Notes under the pieces: generated by a model
What the model saw: only the letters and a program-made list of their open reading frames with translations
Database searches by the model: none
What the model was told of the DNA's origin: nothing
NCBI GenBank assembly: GCA_030616605.1
Contig: JAUWWY010000001.1
Location: 198,251-240,375 of the forward strand
DNA length: 42,125 nt
Reading direction: 5' to 3'
Source of the DNA: a bacterium
GTDB taxonomy: Bacteria > Patescibacteriota > Minisyncoccia > Minisyncoccales > CG1-02-41-26
Part shown: one piece after another, positions 39,129 through 42,125 of the stretch
How positions within the stretch are numbered: position 1 is the stretch's first letter
Layout: every line of letters begins with the position of its first letter
Made by a program: the position numbers and the translations under genes

Positions 39129-40250
39129 ATGTATTTTGTCCATCCTCAAATAAAATTTAATATCAAAAATTTAGGAAATTTGCTTTCCTGTTTTTTTAAA
39201 AAAACCAACTTAGAAAGCCTTAAAAAAGTTGAAGAGATGTTTCCGGCAAAGAAAGTATATTTTACTGATATGGGTCGTTCAGCTTTTCGCTTGATTGTTG
39301 AAGAATTGCAACTCCAAAATTCCCAAATCTTGGTTCCTGCTTATATCTGTGATATTTTCTACTCTATTTTTAAACAATATAACATCTTTCCTATTTTTCT
39401 TGATGTTGACAAGCAGACTTTTAATATAAGCTTAGAAGAGATTGAAAAGAAAATTACTTCCCAAACTAAATCAATTTTGATTTGCCATACTTATGGTCTT
39501 CCCTTCAATATTCAAAAAATCAAAGAAAATTATCAGCTCTTAATTATTGAAGATTGCGCTCATAGTTTTGGAGCAAAAAGAGATGGAAAATTCACTGGAA
39601 ATTTCGGAGATGCTGCCTTTTTTAGCTTGTATAAAATCTTCCCTACTCTTAGAGGTGGAATGGTTGTTTTACCTTCCGGAATTTCAAAAAAATTAGCAAA
39701 AACCAGGTTTTCTCCCCGAGATTTTATTACTCTTTTAAATTGCTGTTCTTTTTTTAGTTTTTTGTTTAAAAAATATGCTGGTAAAGTCGCTCCCAAATAT
39801 ATCAAAAAAGAAAAGCTTGAACAAGTTGGGGCTTTAAACAGAGTTTCTTTAAATATTCTTTCCTGGCAGCTTGAAAATTTTGAAAAAAACTTAAAAAAAA
39901 GAAGAGAATTGGCTTTAATTTTTCAGCAGGAATTAAAAAAAATGGGCTTTGAAACCCAGAATTCAGAAAACAATATTTTTACTTTCTTGAGCGCTTTAGT
40001 TCCAGAAAATATAAATCGTGATGAATTTGTTATTGCTTTAAGAAAAAAAGGAGTCTTCCCAACCCGAATCTGGCATACCCCTATAATTTTAAATCCAGAA
40101 GTTCAAAAAGAATATAATATTGATATTTCTAAATTTCCCAATACTATTGATGTTTCCCAAAGAATTATCAATTTCCCTTTGCAAAACTTTTACAGCCAAA
40201 AAGACATCAAAAAGATGCTAAAAAAAATAAAAGAAACATCAGTAGCCTAA
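39129..40250 (+). CDS. DegT/DnrJ/EryC1/StrS family PLP-dependent aminotransferase-like
   Basis: GRSA, VPAYIC, HTYG, IEDCAHSFG and GDAAFFSLYK (PLP Lys). Confidence 0.85.
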   Translation: MYFVHPQIKFNIKNLGNLLSCFFKKTNLESLKKVEEMFPAKKVYFTDMGRSAFRLIVEELQLQNSQILVPAYICDIFYSIFKQYNIFPIFLDVDKQTFNISLEEIEKKITSQTKSILICHTYGLPFNIQKIKENYQLLIIEDCAHSFGAKRDGKFTGNFGDAAFFSLYKIFPTLRGGMVVLPSGISKKLAKTRFSPRDFITLLNCCSFFSFLFKKYAGKVAPKYIKKEKLEQVGALNRVSLNILSWQLENFEKNLKKRRELALIFQQELKKMGFETQNSENNIFTFLSALVPENINRDEFVIALRKKGVFPTRIWHTPIILNPEVQKEYNIDISKFPNTIDVSQRIINFPLQNFYSQKDIKKMLKKIKETSVA

Positions 40251-41939
40251 AATTTGGTTTATTTTAGAGCGAGTGGAGGAACCGACAAAGCCGGTTCCTT
40301 TTTTAAATCCTAAGGGAGTTAAAATCTGAGAAGCATATTTTTCCTGAAAGCAAATAACAGCAGCTTGCGTTAAGATACCGAAATAGCCGGTTACTAAACC
40401 TTGAGGATAAATCTCTGAACCTTGAGATTTTAAAAACCCTTGTAAACAACTAACTTGATAATTTCTCATTCCAAAATAAAGATTTTGATTGAACTCTTGG
40501 CAGAAAAACTCTCTTCTTTGGCTGAGGATTTGAGCAATTTTTGCTTGAAGCTCGGCAATCTGAGCTAAGAGAACAGCGATTTGAGCCTTAAGTTCTTCAA
40601 TTAATTTTTCTTCTTTGATTTCAATTGAAAGCGAGAGGGAAAAATCAAAAGAAAGTTCCTCGCCGTTAAATCCAAAAATTTTTGATTGAATTGAAGGAAT
40701 TAAAGTTAAAGAACTATAATCTTTACCAAAATCTTCAAAAGAAATCTCTGCTTTTTGATTTTCATCTATTTTCAAAAAATCGACCTGGCAGCTCTGGCTA
40801 TCTTGACAAAGAACATAAGGAAACTGGAATTGGACTTTATCTTCGCCATTAAATTCTAATTTTAACTCCCCTTCTCCTCCTATAATTCTATACCAATTAC
40901 CTGACCATTGCTTTATTGAATAATCTAAAGAAACGCTGGTTTTTTGGGTTGAGGGCAAGAATATTAATGAAGGAATAATTCTAATGTTTTTTAGATTTTC
41001 ATTTTTATAACAATATTCTTCTCCAAATTGGCAATTATTAAGAAATATGGCTATTGTCCAGTCAGTGAAAATCTCTTCAAATTTCTTCTCAACATCATTT
41101 TTCTCCAAAGCATAATTTAAAGAAGGAATTCCAATTTTTGAAGATTGCAAAGAATCAACTAAAATTTCAATTCCATAATGGTCAATTAAATACTGAGTAA
41201 ATATATTGACTATTCCATAATCCTCTTTTTGGTTTTGCCATTCTGTTAAAGAATCAGAGGGCGAAGCAATAAATTGTCTGACTCTTTGCTGGAGATTGCT
41301 TGCCTGATATTCATCATCATAACCAACTAAGGTTGGCGAATAATCAGCTCTGGCTTCATTGAGCCAGATTTCTTCTGGAACTCCTTGAAGCCGTTCTTTT
41401 TGATTGAAAATTATTAAATGGGTAAATTCATGAGCTAAATAGCTTTTGATAATTGATGTTTTAAGATATTCGGCTGAAAGATAAACCATTTCTCTTTCAT
41501 TTGACCTTTGGTTTTGAATTTTTGAATATTCATCGCCATCGTTAAAATAGCCGCCAGCTTCTTCCTTCATTTGATGAAATAAAATCGTAATATGCTCGTC
41601 GCTGTCAATCCCTGGTTTCCATTCTGACCCATAAGTAGCGGTTAATTTCGGATAAATTGTTTGGTCAAATTCCTGGCTGAGAATTTCTAAATTTTGAAAT
41701 ATTTTCTCTTTCTCACCCTCAGTCAAGTTTTTAAACCATTCATCTTCTAAATAAAAATAGCCCTTTTGAGAAACTTTTTTTAAAATAGCTTCTAGTTCTT
41801 CCCTTATCTCTAAGTCATATTGGGAATTAACAAAAAATTTCTTTATTTGCCCCTCGCTGTCAGCAAAAGCAAAAATTGGGAATAAAAAAATTATCAGGAC
41901 TAAAATAAAAATAAATTTTTTACTGAAATTCTTTGCCAT
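40239..41939 (-). CDS. Secreted HExxH metallopeptidase-like protein with coiled coil and peptidoglycan-binding domain
   Basis: Signal peptide ending in AFA, GGYF, AHEFTH, WLNE, an AQIA heptad repeat and LQ.FL..TGYFG.LT..AV..FQ..GTGFVG..TR. Start taken at MAKNF (41939); MEKI (41951) is an alternative. Confidence 0.8.
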   Translation of the reverse strand: MAKNFSKKFIFILVLIIFLFPIFAFADSEGQIKKFFVNSQYDLEIREELEAILKKVSQKGYFYLEDEWFKNLTEGEKEKIFQNLEILSQEFDQTIYPKLTATYGSEWKPGIDSDEHITILFHQMKEEAGGYFNDGDEYSKIQNQRSNEREMVYLSAEYLKTSIIKSYLAHEFTHLIIFNQKERLQGVPEEIWLNEARADYSPTLVGYDDEYQASNLQQRVRQFIASPSDSLTEWQNQKEDYGIVNIFTQYLIDHYGIEILVDSLQSSKIGIPSLNYALEKNDVEKKFEEIFTDWTIAIFLNNCQFGEEYCYKNENLKNIRIIPSLIFLPSTQKTSVSLDYSIKQWSGNWYRIIGGEGELKLEFNGEDKVQFQFPYVLCQDSQSCQVDFLKIDENQKAEISFEDFGKDYSSLTLIPSIQSKIFGFNGEELSFDFSLSLSIEIKEEKLIEELKAQIAVLLAQIAELQAKIAQILSQRREFFCQEFNQNLYFGMRNYQVSCLQGFLKSQGSEIYPQGLVTGYFGILTQAAVICFQEKYASQILTPLGFKKGTGFVGSSTRSKINQILGY

Positions 41940-42045
41940 AATTTTTTCCATTTTACCATAAAATTTTTTCAAAACAAAAAACACTCCAGGAAATCTAAAG
42001 CGTCCTTTGCTTTTTTATCTACGTGCAAGTTTAATTCAAAAAATA

Positions 42046-42125
42046 CTATTGTCCGCTATATAAAGAATTCAGTTTTGCTCGAGTAGTTGAACCAACAAAA
42101 CCAGTACCTTTAGTTAATTCCCAAG
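42046..42125 (-). CDS. C-terminal end of a peptidoglycan-binding-domain protein (partial; not in the ORF track)
   Basis: The minus strand reads WELTKGTGFVGSTTRAKLNSLYSGQ*, matching the tail of the adjacent gene (KKGTGFVGSSTRSKIN). Confidence 0.8.
   Translation of the reverse strand, partial: WELTKGTGFVGSTTRAKLNSLYSGQ

Noticed and set aside
40525..40590. Recurrent TGAGC motifs as a DNA repeat array
   Set aside because: They arise from the AQI(A) coiled-coil heptads of the protein.

Overview
AT-rich, gene-dense bacterial chromosome segment using standard code 11. The gene style (few Shine-Dalgarno sites, tight overlaps, tandem xer genes near murG/gltX/rpmA) suggests a Patescibacteria/CPR (Parcubacteria-like) genome; this is an inference. 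The left 9 kb holds murG (5'-partial), gltX, a small secreted protein, two tyrosine-recombinase genes, rpmA, pyrG, rplI and an S41 protease. About 9.2-40.3 kb is a surface-glycan locus: a WaaL/Wzy_C-TPR protein, a priming phosphoglycosyltransferase, seven glycosyltransferases, five methyltransferases (one interrupted), a transaldolase-gmhB-gmhA-oxidoreductase-SDR-hddA-nucleotidyltransferase module for a higher-carbon sugar, gmd/fcl/gmm-like/GME-like genes, wzx and a DegT-family aminotransferase. Two proteins with peptidoglycan-binding tails end the window. The best candidate for a new system is at 3016-5447. A dif-like 11-6-11 inverted repeat abuts a Xer-like gene with substituted catalytic residues fused to a CxxC/His PD-(D/E)xK-like domain, followed by an intact Xer. 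Other highlights are a CTP synthase lacking the glutaminase His, a possible GDP-heptose/octose pathway with a homopolymer frameshift, short palindromes inserted in frame in proteins, and a self-contained Nudix-like cassette. All calls come from motif reading by eye; no searches were run.
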